This document shows, piece after piece, positions 19,775-29,646 of a stretch of 64,000 nt of DNA; positions within the stretch are counted from its first letter, which is position 1; every line of letters begins with the position of its first letter. Origin of the DNA: Pseudomonadales bacterium (GTDB taxonomy: Bacteria; Pseudomonadota; Gammaproteobacteria; Pseudomonadales; Azotimanducaceae); contig JAFMIA010000002.1 in assembly GCA_017854255.1 (NCBI GenBank), positions 10,639 to 74,638 on the forward strand, in the 5' to 3' direction. The notes beneath the pieces were generated by a model. The model saw only the letters and a list, made by a program, of their open reading frames with translations. It ran no database searches and was not told the DNA's origin. The translations under genes and the position numbers were made by a program.

Positions 19775-19795
19775 ATTATAGCACTGGTCTATAAT
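19775..19795 (+). promoter_or_regulatory. Perfect 7-N7-7 inverted repeat ATTATAG-cactggt-CTATAAT, whose right arm is a consensus -10 hexamer
   Basis: Read directly from the sequence. It lies 83 nt upstream of the acyl-CoA dehydrogenase start at 19878. Confidence 0.35.
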
Positions 19796-19877
19796 GCCTA
19801 GAATGACTGGACAATTTAACGCGACGGAGGAGAATCAAACCCTTCATCCCCTCGGCCTCAGAAGAAGGAGCGCAACC

Positions 19878-21065
19878 ATGACGGACCTAACCACTTTCCG
19901 AACCGAAACCAGAACATGGCTAGAAGAAAATTGCCCTCAGGCAATGCGGAACCTGTCGTTCCATTGGGAAGATGCGCACCTCATTTATAGTACCGAGGCC
20001 GCTGAAGTCTGGCGCGAGCGGATGGCCGGCAAGGGTTGGATTGCCCCGATGTGGCCGACTGCCTATGGCGGTGGCGGTCTCAGCCGAGAGGAAGCCATTA
20101 TCTTGTCCCAAGAAATGGGCCGCATTAAGGCAACCGCCGCCTCCAGCGGCATGGGCCTCACCATGATCGGCCCCACCCTTTTAGAGTACGGCACTGAAGA
20201 ACAAAAGCTCAGACACCTCCCCAGTATCACCGACGGCACTATTCGCTGGTGCCAAGGTTACAGCGAGCCCGGCGCGGGCTCGGACTTGGCCGCTCTGCAG
20301 GCGCGAGCCGTGATAGAGGGCGATCAATTCATAATCAATGGCCAAAAGATTTGGACCTCAGGCGCTCAGTATGCAGACTGGATGTTTGCGCTGGTTCGGA
20401 CAGATCCGAGCGCGGCCAAGCACGAAGGCATCAGCTTCGTCCTGCTAGATATGCATCAGGCCGGCGTTACCGTGAAGCCGATTGGATTAATCTCTGGCTC
20501 GTCGCCGTTTTGTGAAACTTTTTTGGATAATGCCATGGCGCATCGCGCTGATCTCGTCGGCGAGCTCAACAAGGGCTGGACCATCGGCAAGCGTCTGCTG
20601 CAATTTGAGCGATCCGGGATTGGCGGCTTATCCGGGGCCGCGAATAAGAAAAAAGCGGTCAAAACCAATCCCCTTGCAGACATTGCAAAGCGCTACATCG
20701 GTGATCATGACGGCAAGATTGGCGACGCTGATTACCGCGAAAAAATCCTCAAACACAGCATGACCGAACGGGCTTTCCAACTCACCACCTCACGGGTCGT
20801 TCAAGAAAATCAGAGCGGTCAAACCCCAGGCGCGACGACCTCGATCTTTAAACTGGTTGGATCAACCCTTGCGCGCGATGGCGCCGCTTTGAAATCAGAA
20901 CTTATGGGCGCACAAGGGTTGGGCTGGGAAGGCGAAGGCTTTGAAGACAAGGAAATCGAGACAACGCGAGGCTGGCTCAACGCGCGCGCTGTCACCATTT
21001 ACGGCGGGACCAATGAGGTTCAAATGAACATCATCGGCAAACGCGTACTAGGATTACCCGATTAA
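19878..21065 (+). CDS. Acyl-CoA dehydrogenase family protein
   Basis: It has 'WCQGYSEPGAGSDLAAL', 'INGQKIWTSGA' and 'TIYGGTNEVQMNIIGKRVLGLP'. The start is ATG 19878, behind GAAGGAG. The ORF-track start is 19794. Confidence 0.9.
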   Translation: MTDLTTFRTETRTWLEENCPQAMRNLSFHWEDAHLIYSTEAAEVWRERMAGKGWIAPMWPTAYGGGGLSREEAIILSQEMGRIKATAASSGMGLTMIGPTLLEYGTEEQKLRHLPSITDGTIRWCQGYSEPGAGSDLAALQARAVIEGDQFIINGQKIWTSGAQYADWMFALVRTDPSAAKHEGISFVLLDMHQAGVTVKPIGLISGSSPFCETFLDNAMAHRADLVGELNKGWTIGKRLLQFERSGIGGLSGAANKKKAVKTNPLADIAKRYIGDHDGKIGDADYREKILKHSMTERAFQLTTSRVVQENQSGQTPGATTSIFKLVGSTLARDGAALKSELMGAQGLGWEGEGFEDKEIETTRGWLNARAVTIYGGTNEVQMNIIGKRVLGLPD

Positions 21066-21197
21066 GCGGCGTGATCCTGCAAGTTTTAAGCGCATTCACT
21101 GGTCCGAGGCGGGACTCGAGCTTATTGAGCCCTGTCCTCCGCCCAAGCAGGCAACACCGCCCGCAGCAAAAGCGGTGATTGCGCACTGCGCCAACCC

Positions 21198-22490
21198 TTG
21201 AACGACGCAACCACCCTGCCGCAAACCGAGCCTGACAAACGTCTATTTGCGGCCCTGGGCGTGCGCGACTACCTCTATCTTTGGCTCGGGATGTTGGGCT
21301 CCGCATTTGCAATGAACATGCAGCAGGTCGCCCAAGGCTGGCTGGTCTATGAGATGACCTCCTCTGCCATCCAATTAACCTGGGTCACGCTGGCCTTTAT
21401 GTTGCCGCAAGTTTTTTTTGCGCTCGTCGGCGGCGTGCTCGCAGATCGCGTTCGAAAAAAACCGCTCATTGGCTGGTCCCCGATCATCAACGGGGTTGCA
21501 ACGCTTTACTTAACCATCGTTATTTTCTCAGGCGAGGTCACCTTTTGGCATTTTGTTGCAATCGGCTTCCTAAACGGCACCATCATGGCCCTCTCTATTC
21601 CAGCTCGCACCGCTTTGATTCCTGAAATTGTCGGTGAACAACGGATCTTCAACGCCATGGCCTTTAATACCGCTGCCTGGAATCTTTCGAGAATTTTAGG
21701 CCCTGCACTGGCCGGGTTCATGATTGCCCAACTGGCCGATGGCGACACCACCTCAACGTACGGCGTTGGCTGGGTCTATGTCGTCATTTCGATACTGTAT
21801 TTCTTTTCTGGCGCGTCGGTTTTGCTCATCAAACATGCTGGCAATCCGACCGATGCCCCACGTAAAAGTCCCTTTCAAGACACCCTTGAGGGTCTGCGTT
21901 ATGTGGTGCGGTCCCCCATCGTTGGCGGCTTAATCCTGTTGTCCATTTTGCCCTTTCTGTTTGGCCTCAGTATTAACACCCTCCTACCCGCTTTTAATAC
22001 CGACGTTTTATTGGCAGGCCCAGACACGCTAGGCCTGCTCATGACGGGCATGGGTCTTGGCGCGATTGTTGGCTCCTTGCTACTGGCGAAACTCAGCGGG
22101 CTCCGGCACAAGGGCTATTGGCTCATCTTAACGAACGTCCTTTGGGGGGTCTCGGTTGCCTGCTTCGGCGCCTCAAGCACCTTCATCACGGCATTCCTCA
22201 TCATTTGTTGCATGGGTTTCGTCTCTGCGATCAACATGTCAATGAACCGAAGCCTTGTTCAACTTCAAGTCGATCAGCACATGCGCGGCAGGATCATGAG
22301 TATCGATCTTATGTCACACGGCTTAATGCCGATCGGCATTCTACCCATTGGCTACATCGCAGAGCATTATGGTGTTCAAACAGGCCTCATAACCAGCGGC
22401 TGTATCCTTGCGCTGACAACGCTCATGGTCGCCCTGAAATTAAAAGCGGTTTGGGCGATCGACACAGGCTACCGGGGAATCGAGCGCTGA
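21198..22490 (+). CDS. MFS transporter
   Basis: About 12 predicted TM helices, with 'LADRVRKKPL' as the loop 2-3 motif. The overall pattern is EntS/MFS_3-like. The start is TTG. Confidence 0.8.
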   Translation: MNDATTLPQTEPDKRLFAALGVRDYLYLWLGMLGSAFAMNMQQVAQGWLVYEMTSSAIQLTWVTLAFMLPQVFFALVGGVLADRVRKKPLIGWSPIINGVATLYLTIVIFSGEVTFWHFVAIGFLNGTIMALSIPARTALIPEIVGEQRIFNAMAFNTAAWNLSRILGPALAGFMIAQLADGDTTSTYGVGWVYVVISILYFFSGASVLLIKHAGNPTDAPRKSPFQDTLEGLRYVVRSPIVGGLILLSILPFLFGLSINTLLPAFNTDVLLAGPDTLGLLMTGMGLGAIVGSLLLAKLSGLRHKGYWLILTNVLWGVSVACFGASSTFITAFLIICCMGFVSAINMSMNRSLVQLQVDQHMRGRIMSIDLMSHGLMPIGILPIGYIAEHYGVQTGLITSGCILALTTLMVALKLKAVWAIDTGYRGIER

Positions 22491-22571
22491 TGCCAAACCG
22501 TACCTGATTATCATTTTTTTAAATTTACTGGCACACTCGTCTTTTAAAGCTTCATCATGGATTGAGCCAAC

Positions 22572-23090
22572 TTGCAGCCGATCTTCAATTATTTCTGGCA
22601 ACTTTGCCTTTTCAAACGGCATCCCTCTGAACTCCCGAATCAGCACTCGGTCCTTCTGGTGGTAACCGGTGTCTATCTTAGCGTCATCACGGTTGCTGGC
22701 TTGTTGAGCTATCCAAACCGGGGCCTGCTCACAACCTTTGCAATGATCATGGTTGGACTGACAATCCAAGTGGTTTTTATTTTCATGCTGATGTGGTTTA
22801 AAGGTGTTGCCGCCCGACTGCCCAGTGTCATTGGTAATCTCTTGGGCGTCAGCGCCCTGCTCACCTGTATTTTGTTACCTATTAATCTCACATTACTCTC
22901 TGCCGAGCCCGGCATTATGCGGACCTTGGCCGATAGTTTGACTTGGGTTTGGCTAGGTTGGTGGCTCACCGTCTGCGGTTATGTGTTATCCAAGTCAGCT
23001 CAAATCAGCATCGTGCAAGGCGCCCTGATTGCCTTCATGATTGAACTACTTGGTGTTCTGTCCAGCTATTCTTTATTTCCAGGCGCCTAA
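22572..23090 (+). CDS. Hypothetical inner-membrane protein (4-5 TM helices)
   Basis: Hydrophobic helices occur throughout and I recognise no family. The start is TTG. The stop lies 2 nt before mpl. Confidence 0.5.
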   Translation: MQPIFNYFWQLCLFKRHPSELPNQHSVLLVVTGVYLSVITVAGLLSYPNRGLLTTFAMIMVGLTIQVVFIFMLMWFKGVAARLPSVIGNLLGVSALLTCILLPINLTLLSAEPGIMRTLADSLTWVWLGWWLTVCGYVLSKSAQISIVQGALIAFMIELLGVLSSYSLFPGA

Positions 23091-23092
23091 GT

Positions 23093-24463
23093 ATGCACAT
23101 TCATATCCTCGGAATTTGTGGCACGTTAATGGGCAGTATCGCCCTGTTAGCAAAAGCGCAAGGTCACATGATCACCGGCAGCGACGATGGCGTTTATCCG
23201 CCTATGAGCGATCAACTGCACCAGGAGGGGATTGCCTTGCAATCCCCTTATCGTCGCGACAGCATTCCAGGGGCTGCCGATTTAGTGGTATTAGGCAATG
23301 CGGGCCTGGGCCGAGGGAACCCCGCGGTAGAGGCACTGCTATCAAGCGGCACGGAATTTTGCTCAGGCGCCGAATTCCTTGGCCGTTTCATTCTCAAAGA
23401 CAAGTGGGTCATCGCGGTGTCCGGGACCCATGGTAAAACCACCACCGCCAGCATGATTACCTGGATTCTCGAGTGTGCTGGACTCAACCCAGGCTATCTT
23501 ATCGGAGGTATCCCGACTAATTTCGAGCGGTCCGCACGCCTCACCGAAAGCCCATTCTTTGTGATCGAAGCCGATGAGTACGACACGTCTTTTTTTGATC
23601 GCCAATCAAAATTTTTGCACTACCATCCAAGAACCCTGGTCCTCAACAACCTTGAATTTGATCACGCCGACATCTTTGCAGACCTTACGGCCATTGAAGA
23701 TCAGTTCCATCAACTGATTAGACGGGTGCCGGCCAGCGGACTCATTATTAGCAACAGCCAAGATAACAATATCGAAACGCTGCTCAAGCGGGGTGTCTGG
23801 TCCGAGCAGTTGCGCTTTGGTGTGATCAGTGATCAGGACCCGCAGCCACCAGGCGGCCTTTCGATGCATCAACCCTCGCAACTAATTTCCTTAGCGGGCG
23901 CACGCTTGGGCACGCTGAATTGGGGCCTTACTGGCGTTCACAACTTGTCGAACGCCTTAGCAGCCCTTGCAGCCGCTCGACATGTGGGCGTTCCACCGGA
24001 GCAAGGTATCGAGTCTCTGGCCGATTTCACCGGTGTGAAACGGCGCATGGAGATTGTGCATGTCTCCCCCAAAGCCATCCTCTATGACGATTTCGCCCAT
24101 CACCCAACCGCGATCAAAAGCACGTTGGCGGGACTCCGGCAAAAAATTGGGCAAGCGCCGCTTTACGCAATACTTGAGCCCCGGTCGCACACCATGCGCC
24201 TCGGCATCCATCAAGATCAATTGGCGCCGGCTTGCGTCCACGCTGACCGGGTCTTTTGGTTGAAACCAGAACGCTTGGCCTTCGATCTCGACAAAGCCGT
24301 CAGCCCACAGGGGCACAGTGTTTTTGACGACCCCTTCGTGCTTGCCCAAGCGGTTGGTCAGCAACTGGGGCTTGAGCGCAGCAACGCGCATATTGTGATC
24401 ATGAGCAATGGTGGCATTGATGTTTTGAAAAACGCCTTGCTCGATCAAATCAGTCATGCTTGA
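23093..24463 (+). CDS. mpl: UDP-N-acetylmuramate:L-alanyl-gamma-D-glutamyl-meso-DAP ligase (murein peptide ligase)
   Basis: It has 'MHIHILGICGTLMGSIALLAKAQGHMITGSD', 'VSGTHGKTTT' and 'EADEYDTSFFD'. Confidence 0.93.
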   Translation: MHIHILGICGTLMGSIALLAKAQGHMITGSDDGVYPPMSDQLHQEGIALQSPYRRDSIPGAADLVVLGNAGLGRGNPAVEALLSSGTEFCSGAEFLGRFILKDKWVIAVSGTHGKTTTASMITWILECAGLNPGYLIGGIPTNFERSARLTESPFFVIEADEYDTSFFDRQSKFLHYHPRTLVLNNLEFDHADIFADLTAIEDQFHQLIRRVPASGLIISNSQDNNIETLLKRGVWSEQLRFGVISDQDPQPPGGLSMHQPSQLISLAGARLGTLNWGLTGVHNLSNALAALAAARHVGVPPEQGIESLADFTGVKRRMEIVHVSPKAILYDDFAHHPTAIKSTLAGLRQKIGQAPLYAILEPRSHTMRLGIHQDQLAPACVHADRVFWLKPERLAFDLDKAVSPQGHSVFDDPFVLAQAVGQQLGLERSNAHIVIMSNGGIDVLKNALLDQISHA

Positions 24464-25163
24464 AACGGACCTATACGGCCCGTTAAAAACCTGGTTTGAG
24501 GATCAGGGATTCCTGGTCCGAGGGGAGGTCCTGCATTGTGATTTAGTTGCGCAAAAAGGCGATGACTTAGTGGTGGTCGAGCTCAAACTTAAGCCGTCTT
24601 TAAAGTTACTGTATCAAGCAACCGATCGTTTGCAACTCACGGACGAGGTTTATATCGCATTGCCCGCGCCAACCAAAAAAAGGAAGGCCCTCAAAGCCTT
24701 CCAAAAACTGCTCCAAAACCTCGGCATCGGGTTATTGCTTGTTCAGACCTCAAGCATTGGCCCACGCATCATTCAGGCGCAGCCACCGACTAAAACCCCA
24801 CACCGTCGATCACGCCGAAAGGCGCTTGCGCTCACTAAAGAATTTTCCGGACGCGGCCAAAGCGATAATTTGGGCGGGACTGCTTCAAAAAAAATTCTAA
24901 CGGTTTATCGAGAGGATGCCTTGCTCATCGTCGCCTTTTTAGAACATCTTGAGATAGCCCAACCAAAAGAACTCGTGGCAAAAGGCTGCGCCACTCGAGC
25001 AGGGCAAATCTTAAGAGACAATCACTATGGCTGGTTTGAACGCGTCAAACGGGGCCACTACACACTCAGCGCCCACGCCTCAGAGTCGGTCACAACCAGC
25101 TTTCCCGAGGTTCTGAGCGACTGCCGTTTGATCGTCCAATCCGCCTCCCTTGCAGCCGAGTAA
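24456..25163 (+). CDS. DUF2161-like protein: N-terminal PD-(D/E)XK nuclease-fold domain plus C-terminal helical (wHTH-like) domain
   Basis: The segment 'HCDLVAQKGDDLVVVELKLK' gives a D...ExK pattern. It overlaps the mpl stop by 8 nt. The family name is from memory and is not verified. Confidence 0.5.
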   Translation: MLETDLYGPLKTWFEDQGFLVRGEVLHCDLVAQKGDDLVVVELKLKPSLKLLYQATDRLQLTDEVYIALPAPTKKRKALKAFQKLLQNLGIGLLLVQTSSIGPRIIQAQPPTKTPHRRSRRKALALTKEFSGRGQSDNLGGTASKKILTVYREDALLIVAFLEHLEIAQPKELVAKGCATRAGQILRDNHYGWFERVKRGHYTLSAHASESVTTSFPEVLSDCRLIVQSASLAAE

Positions 25164-25222
25164 TTCCTAGGTATTATCGGGTGGTGGTATAAAAATAATA
25201 ATAAAAACCAAACAAGACCCAC

Positions 25223-27859
25223 ATGACCGAATTTTATCTAGATGGCCCCCCCGTTCATCGACTTCGCTACTTGCTGGACTACTGCCAAGCAAAGCGCATT
25301 GCGCCAAACCTGCTCACACGCGGCCTAGCCAATGACGAGGCCTTAGCCGAACCGCTTGCGACCTTACCTTGGACCGACTTTCAGCGCGTGGTCGTCAATT
25401 GTCTGCAGATCCTGCCTGAAACCGAATTCCAGGACGCCGCAGCCCAATATTGGCAGCGACCCGAAAACCATCATTGGCTTGTTCTGGGCCGTTCAATGGC
25501 GACCCCATTCGATCTTTTGATCGAACTCATCGGCGACGCGGGCCACTTATTCCAAGACATGCCAGTAAAGGTTACCACTCATTATCGGACTCGCGACGCC
25601 TTGATTGTCCGAGTTGAGGCTGATTCAGACTCCGCACCCAACACTGCATTTTCCGAATTACTCATGGCCGAACTGACCGGCTTCGCTCAGGGCGTTGCAC
25701 TGGACAGGTTCCGCCTTAGTAGCAGGCTCCTATCGAATGGCTTCGAGCTGAACTGTCGCGTCGAAGCCCGCCTGGGGGCAAGCTTCAATCGCTGGCTCAA
25801 GCGCCTGAATGCAAGACCCTTAACAGCCCTGCGCGTCGCCTTGCAACGCCAGCGCCGCGCTGAATCCTTGCTCCGCAAGAAAGTGGCCGATTCAGCTCAG
25901 ACCCAGCGCGCACTTCAAACAACCCTCAAACAGACCCAAATGAGTCTCGAGCAATTGCTCACCACCATTGAATCCGATCAATTCGAAATTGATGCGGACA
26001 ATCAATTGCACGCCAAAGATGTCAAAACCCTCGCGTCAATCCGATCTAGCCTCGGCATCACCTATTTTGATCAATTCACGGCGCGCCTGACTGACTCAAG
26101 CCGATCTGATTGTGAAACCGCATTGCAGAAGATCAGAGCCGGCGCCCTAGACCAGACCTTCATAACGCTTAGGCCGTTGAATCAAGCCCTTGGACACAAG
26201 AAACACCTCTTGCTTGCACGCGGACCGCACAATCGCGTTCAGGCCGCTTTGGTCCAAGCCCGAGACATTCCAAAACCCTCAGCGTTGATACCGACCACCG
26301 CGCTCAGCGAGGTGCTCCAAACGCTCTCCACTGAAGCCGCCTGCCTAACCGACGCTCGCGGGATTATTAAGTGGCACAATCGCGCTTTTCTGCACTTAAC
26401 CGGCACTCAACAGCCGAATTGTTTAGGCGCCGACCTTGCCGAGTTCGTTCCGAGCGCTCTCAGCGACAATCAACTCCGCATGTTTTATCAAGATCAACAA
26501 GGCGCTCACCCAATGACCGGTGTGGCCGCCTGGTTTTTATCCATTGATGGTGAAAAAATACCCATCCAGGTCTCCGCAGTGAGTGTTGCCGGTGAGATCA
26601 GCACTCAAAAGGTTTTTATCTTTGATGACCAAAGCGCGGTTCGGGCGCGCCAACGCGTTATCGATCAAGCCCACGAGCAACTGAAGCTTCTGCGCACACC
26701 TGCATTAATCGGTGAGATGACGCGGGGCATTGCCCATGACCTCGGTAATTTATTAACCCTCATCCAGCTTGCGTCAGAACAAATTATCAAAAGCTCAGTG
26801 CGCCCACTGCCCGCCCCGCTCCAACAGCTGCAAACAGCCGTCAATGATGCGGGCGCACTCACCAAAACGCTCCTTCAATCAGACATTCCCAGTGAGACCC
26901 ATAATAAGCAAAGCGAACTCAGCACATTAATCCAAGAACTGAAACCGTCCATTGAGGTTGTGCTGGGTCCTGAAATGACACTCGTTCTTGATATGGGCCC
27001 CACCCAAGCACCCTTAAGCGTCTTGATCGACCCAACAACTTTGAAAAATATTTTACTCAACTTGGTCATCAATGCCCGCGATGCCATGCCCACCGATGGC
27101 CAACTCACGTTACGCGTTCTGCCGGATAACCCCTGGACAGACCCTGCAACCGATTCCCTTCAAGTCGGTCATCTCATCGAACTAACCGACAACGGCGCCG
27201 GCATTCCCAGCGAACTGCAAGCACATCTTTTTAAGCCGGGCTTTACCACCAAAGGTCGTCGAGGCGGTCATGGGATTGGACTCAGCAGCATTCGCCAGAT
27301 GATCATGCGGCAGGGCGGATATTTACAGCTCGGACCAGGCCCGGGACGCGGCACGCGCGCACGTCTTTGGTTGCCCAAGACTGAGAAAATCAATTTCCAG
27401 ACGCGATTATCAACCGCGAGCGCGAGCCTGCCCGTTAAACAGCGCACCGCGCTGGTGGTCGAGGCGGATGAGCAAATCCGGGCATTTTTAACCCTGACGC
27501 TGACATCACTGAACTTCAAAGTGTTCTCAGCCGCCGACGGCCAAGCCGGACTCGACCTTTACCTCAAGCAAGCGGTCTATCTTGACCTGATCCTCTCGGA
27601 ACTCGTGTTGCCCGTTCTGTCAGGGCACCGATTTCTACAACGACTCTATCAAACCAACCCGCGTCAGGCCGTTTTAATCCTCTCTGCGTTCACCGCAAGT
27701 GAACCGCATCGGCAGTTCCTTTCAGACAAGCCCTGGACAACCTTAACCAAGCCTTTTTCGCTTGCGCAGGTCAAAACCGCAATTCAACAATCGGTTTCAG
27801 CATCAATACCCTTAACCAAAAGGGTGAACGAGCCGCCAGAGCCGTGGGCTCAGTCATGA
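25223..27859 (+). CDS. Cytoplasmic hybrid sensor histidine kinase (unknown N-domain, coiled coil, PAS, HisKA, HATPase, receiver-like domain)
   Basis: It has the H-box 'GIAHDLGNLLTLI', N-box 'LLNLVINARDAM', G1 'DNGAGIP' and G2 'GHGIGLS'. The C-terminal REC has 'VVEADEQ...DLILSELVLP...LSAF...TKPF'. I see no TM helices. Confidence 0.85.
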   Translation: MTEFYLDGPPVHRLRYLLDYCQAKRIAPNLLTRGLANDEALAEPLATLPWTDFQRVVVNCLQILPETEFQDAAAQYWQRPENHHWLVLGRSMATPFDLLIELIGDAGHLFQDMPVKVTTHYRTRDALIVRVEADSDSAPNTAFSELLMAELTGFAQGVALDRFRLSSRLLSNGFELNCRVEARLGASFNRWLKRLNARPLTALRVALQRQRRAESLLRKKVADSAQTQRALQTTLKQTQMSLEQLLTTIESDQFEIDADNQLHAKDVKTLASIRSSLGITYFDQFTARLTDSSRSDCETALQKIRAGALDQTFITLRPLNQALGHKKHLLLARGPHNRVQAALVQARDIPKPSALIPTTALSEVLQTLSTEAACLTDARGIIKWHNRAFLHLTGTQQPNCLGADLAEFVPSALSDNQLRMFYQDQQGAHPMTGVAAWFLSIDGEKIPIQVSAVSVAGEISTQKVFIFDDQSAVRARQRVIDQAHEQLKLLRTPALIGEMTRGIAHDLGNLLTLIQLASEQIIKSSVRPLPAPLQQLQTAVNDAGALTKTLLQSDIPSETHNKQSELSTLIQELKPSIEVVLGPEMTLVLDMGPTQAPLSVLIDPTTLKNILLNLVINARDAMPTDGQLTLRVLPDNPWTDPATDSLQVGHLIELTDNGAGIPSELQAHLFKPGFTTKGRRGGHGIGLSSIRQMIMRQGGYLQLGPGPGRGTRARLWLPKTEKINFQTRLSTASASLPVKQRTALVVEADEQIRAFLTLTLTSLNFKVFSAADGQAGLDLYLKQAVYLDLILSELVLPVLSGHRFLQRLYQTNPRQAVLILSAFTASEPHRQFLSDKPWTTLTKPFSLAQVKTAIQQSVSASIPLTKRVNEPPEPWAQS

Positions 27860-27927
27860 TTAAGACCAACCAGACGGTTTTCTCACCGCTGGTGCTATAA
27901 TGCCTTGATCCTCAATTCAGGCGCACC

Positions 27928-29646
27928 ATGGATATTAAGCACCTTCTTACCCAAACGTTTCATCAAGCAATGTTGGCCGCCGGCGTTGAAGATCCAAACC
28001 CCGTAATCCGGCAGTCTCAGCGACCAGAGTTTGGTCACTACCAGGCCAATGGGGTCATGGGCGCTGCTAAGCGAATGCAAACCAATCCTCGGGCGCTCGC
28101 GGATCTTATCGTCAAACACCTGCCAGCGCAGGACCACTACACCCTAGAGATTGCGGGTCCCGGGTTCATCAACATCACCCTCACCCCCGCCTTCGTCTCC
28201 CAACTCATTTCAAATGGTGATCCGGCAGAAAAACCCGATAACACGGCCCCAAGGCGGGTCGTGGTCGATTACAGTTCACCCAATCTCGCGAAAGAGATGC
28301 ACATCGGGCACCTCCGGTCGACCGTGATTGGTGACACCGTTGTGCGCGTCTTGGAACACATAGGACAGACAGCAATACGGGCGAATCATGTCGGTGATTG
28401 GGGCGCTCAATTTGGCAGTCTACTGGCCTACCTCGATGAGTCTTCCAACAACGAAACCGCCCAAACTGCTGAACTTGCTGACCTTGAAAAATTTTATCAA
28501 AGGGCCAGTCAAAAATTTAAAAACGATACCGGTTTTGCAGAGAAAGCACGGGGCTACGTGGTCCGACTGCAATCTGGCGATCCCGCGCTGAAAAAGCTTT
28601 GGGAAGTCTTCATCCAAACCTCGATGGACCATGGTCAAAACGTTTACGACAAGCTCAACATCACCTTGACCCAGCAAGATGCCATGCCGGAGAGCCGTTA
28701 TAACAGTGACCTTCTTCCCTTGGTCTCCGACCTAACTGAAAAAGGCTTGCTCGAGAAATCTGAAGGCGCGCTCTGCGTTTTTCTTGACGAATTTAAGGGC
28801 AAGCAGGATCGTCCGTTACCGGCGATGGTCCAGAAGTCTGACGGCGGCTTTCCGTATCTTGCAACGGATTTAGCAGCGCTGCGGTATCGACATCACGAAC
28901 TCAAAGCCGACGAGGTGCTATACGTGGTTGGCGCATCTCAACAGTTGCATCTTAGACAAGTGATTGCGGTCGCACGTGCCGCGTCATTTATCCCTGAGAC
29001 ACTCACCACCAAACACCTAGCCTTTGGCCTGGTTTTAAAAGCCGACGGCACGCCCTTTAAGACCCGCGATGGCGCGGATGTTAAATTAATCGATGTCCTG
29101 AACGAGGCCATCGATCGAGCGCGAGATCTATTGCAACAAAGAAGCCAGGATCTTACGCCCATCGAACACGAGGCGATCGCAAAAGTGATCGGTATCGGTG
29201 CGATCAAATATGCTGAGCTGCAAAAAAATAGAACCACCGATTACATGTTTGATTGGGCCACGATGCTCTCTTTTGAGGGCAATACAGCGCCTTATCTTCA
29301 GTATGCCTACACCAGGATTCGAAGCCTCTTTCGGCGGGCCGGCATTGAGCGCTTAGATCCAGCAACCCCGATTCTGCTGACCGCACCACAAGAACTGGCG
29401 CTGGCGATAAAAACCCTGCAGTTCAACGAAGCGATTGCAAACTATCTAGAGGATTATCAAGCCAATATTTTGTGCAATTACCTGTATGAACTTGCGGGTC
29501 TATTTATGAGCTTTTACGAGCACTGCCCCATTTTAACCGAGACTAAGACGCATCAAATGAGCCGGTTAAGATTGTGTGATATCACAGCCCGCACCCTCAA
29601 GACCGGACTGGACTTGCTTGGTATCGATACTGTGGAGCGAATGTGA
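27928..29646 (+). CDS. argS: Arginine--tRNA ligase
   Basis: It has 'VVDYSSPNLAKEMHIGHLRST' (HIGH), 'DGGFPYLATDLAA' and the C-terminal anticodon-binding DALR domain ending in 'VERM'. Confidence 0.96.
   Translation: MDIKHLLTQTFHQAMLAAGVEDPNPVIRQSQRPEFGHYQANGVMGAAKRMQTNPRALADLIVKHLPAQDHYTLEIAGPGFINITLTPAFVSQLISNGDPAEKPDNTAPRRVVVDYSSPNLAKEMHIGHLRSTVIGDTVVRVLEHIGQTAIRANHVGDWGAQFGSLLAYLDESSNNETAQTAELADLEKFYQRASQKFKNDTGFAEKARGYVVRLQSGDPALKKLWEVFIQTSMDHGQNVYDKLNITLTQQDAMPESRYNSDLLPLVSDLTEKGLLEKSEGALCVFLDEFKGKQDRPLPAMVQKSDGGFPYLATDLAALRYRHHELKADEVLYVVGASQQLHLRQVIAVARAASFIPETLTTKHLAFGLVLKADGTPFKTRDGADVKLIDVLNEAIDRARDLLQQRSQDLTPIEHEAIAKVIGIGAIKYAELQKNRTTDYMFDWATMLSFEGNTAPYLQYAYTRIRSLFRRAGIERLDPATPILLTAPQELALAIKTLQFNEAIANYLEDYQANILCNYLYELAGLFMSFYEHCPILTETKTHQMSRLRLCDITARTLKTGLDLLGIDTVERM

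Noticed and set aside
22505-22544. A Fur-box-like 'TGATTATCATT' (22505-22515) and a sigma-54-like 'TGGCAC-N5-TCTTT' (22529-22544) upstream of the membrane protein gene.
   Set aside because: Only a half-site matches the 19-bp Fur consensus. The -12 element lacks the essential GC. Both lie in a short AT-rich spacer where such partial matches are expected by chance.
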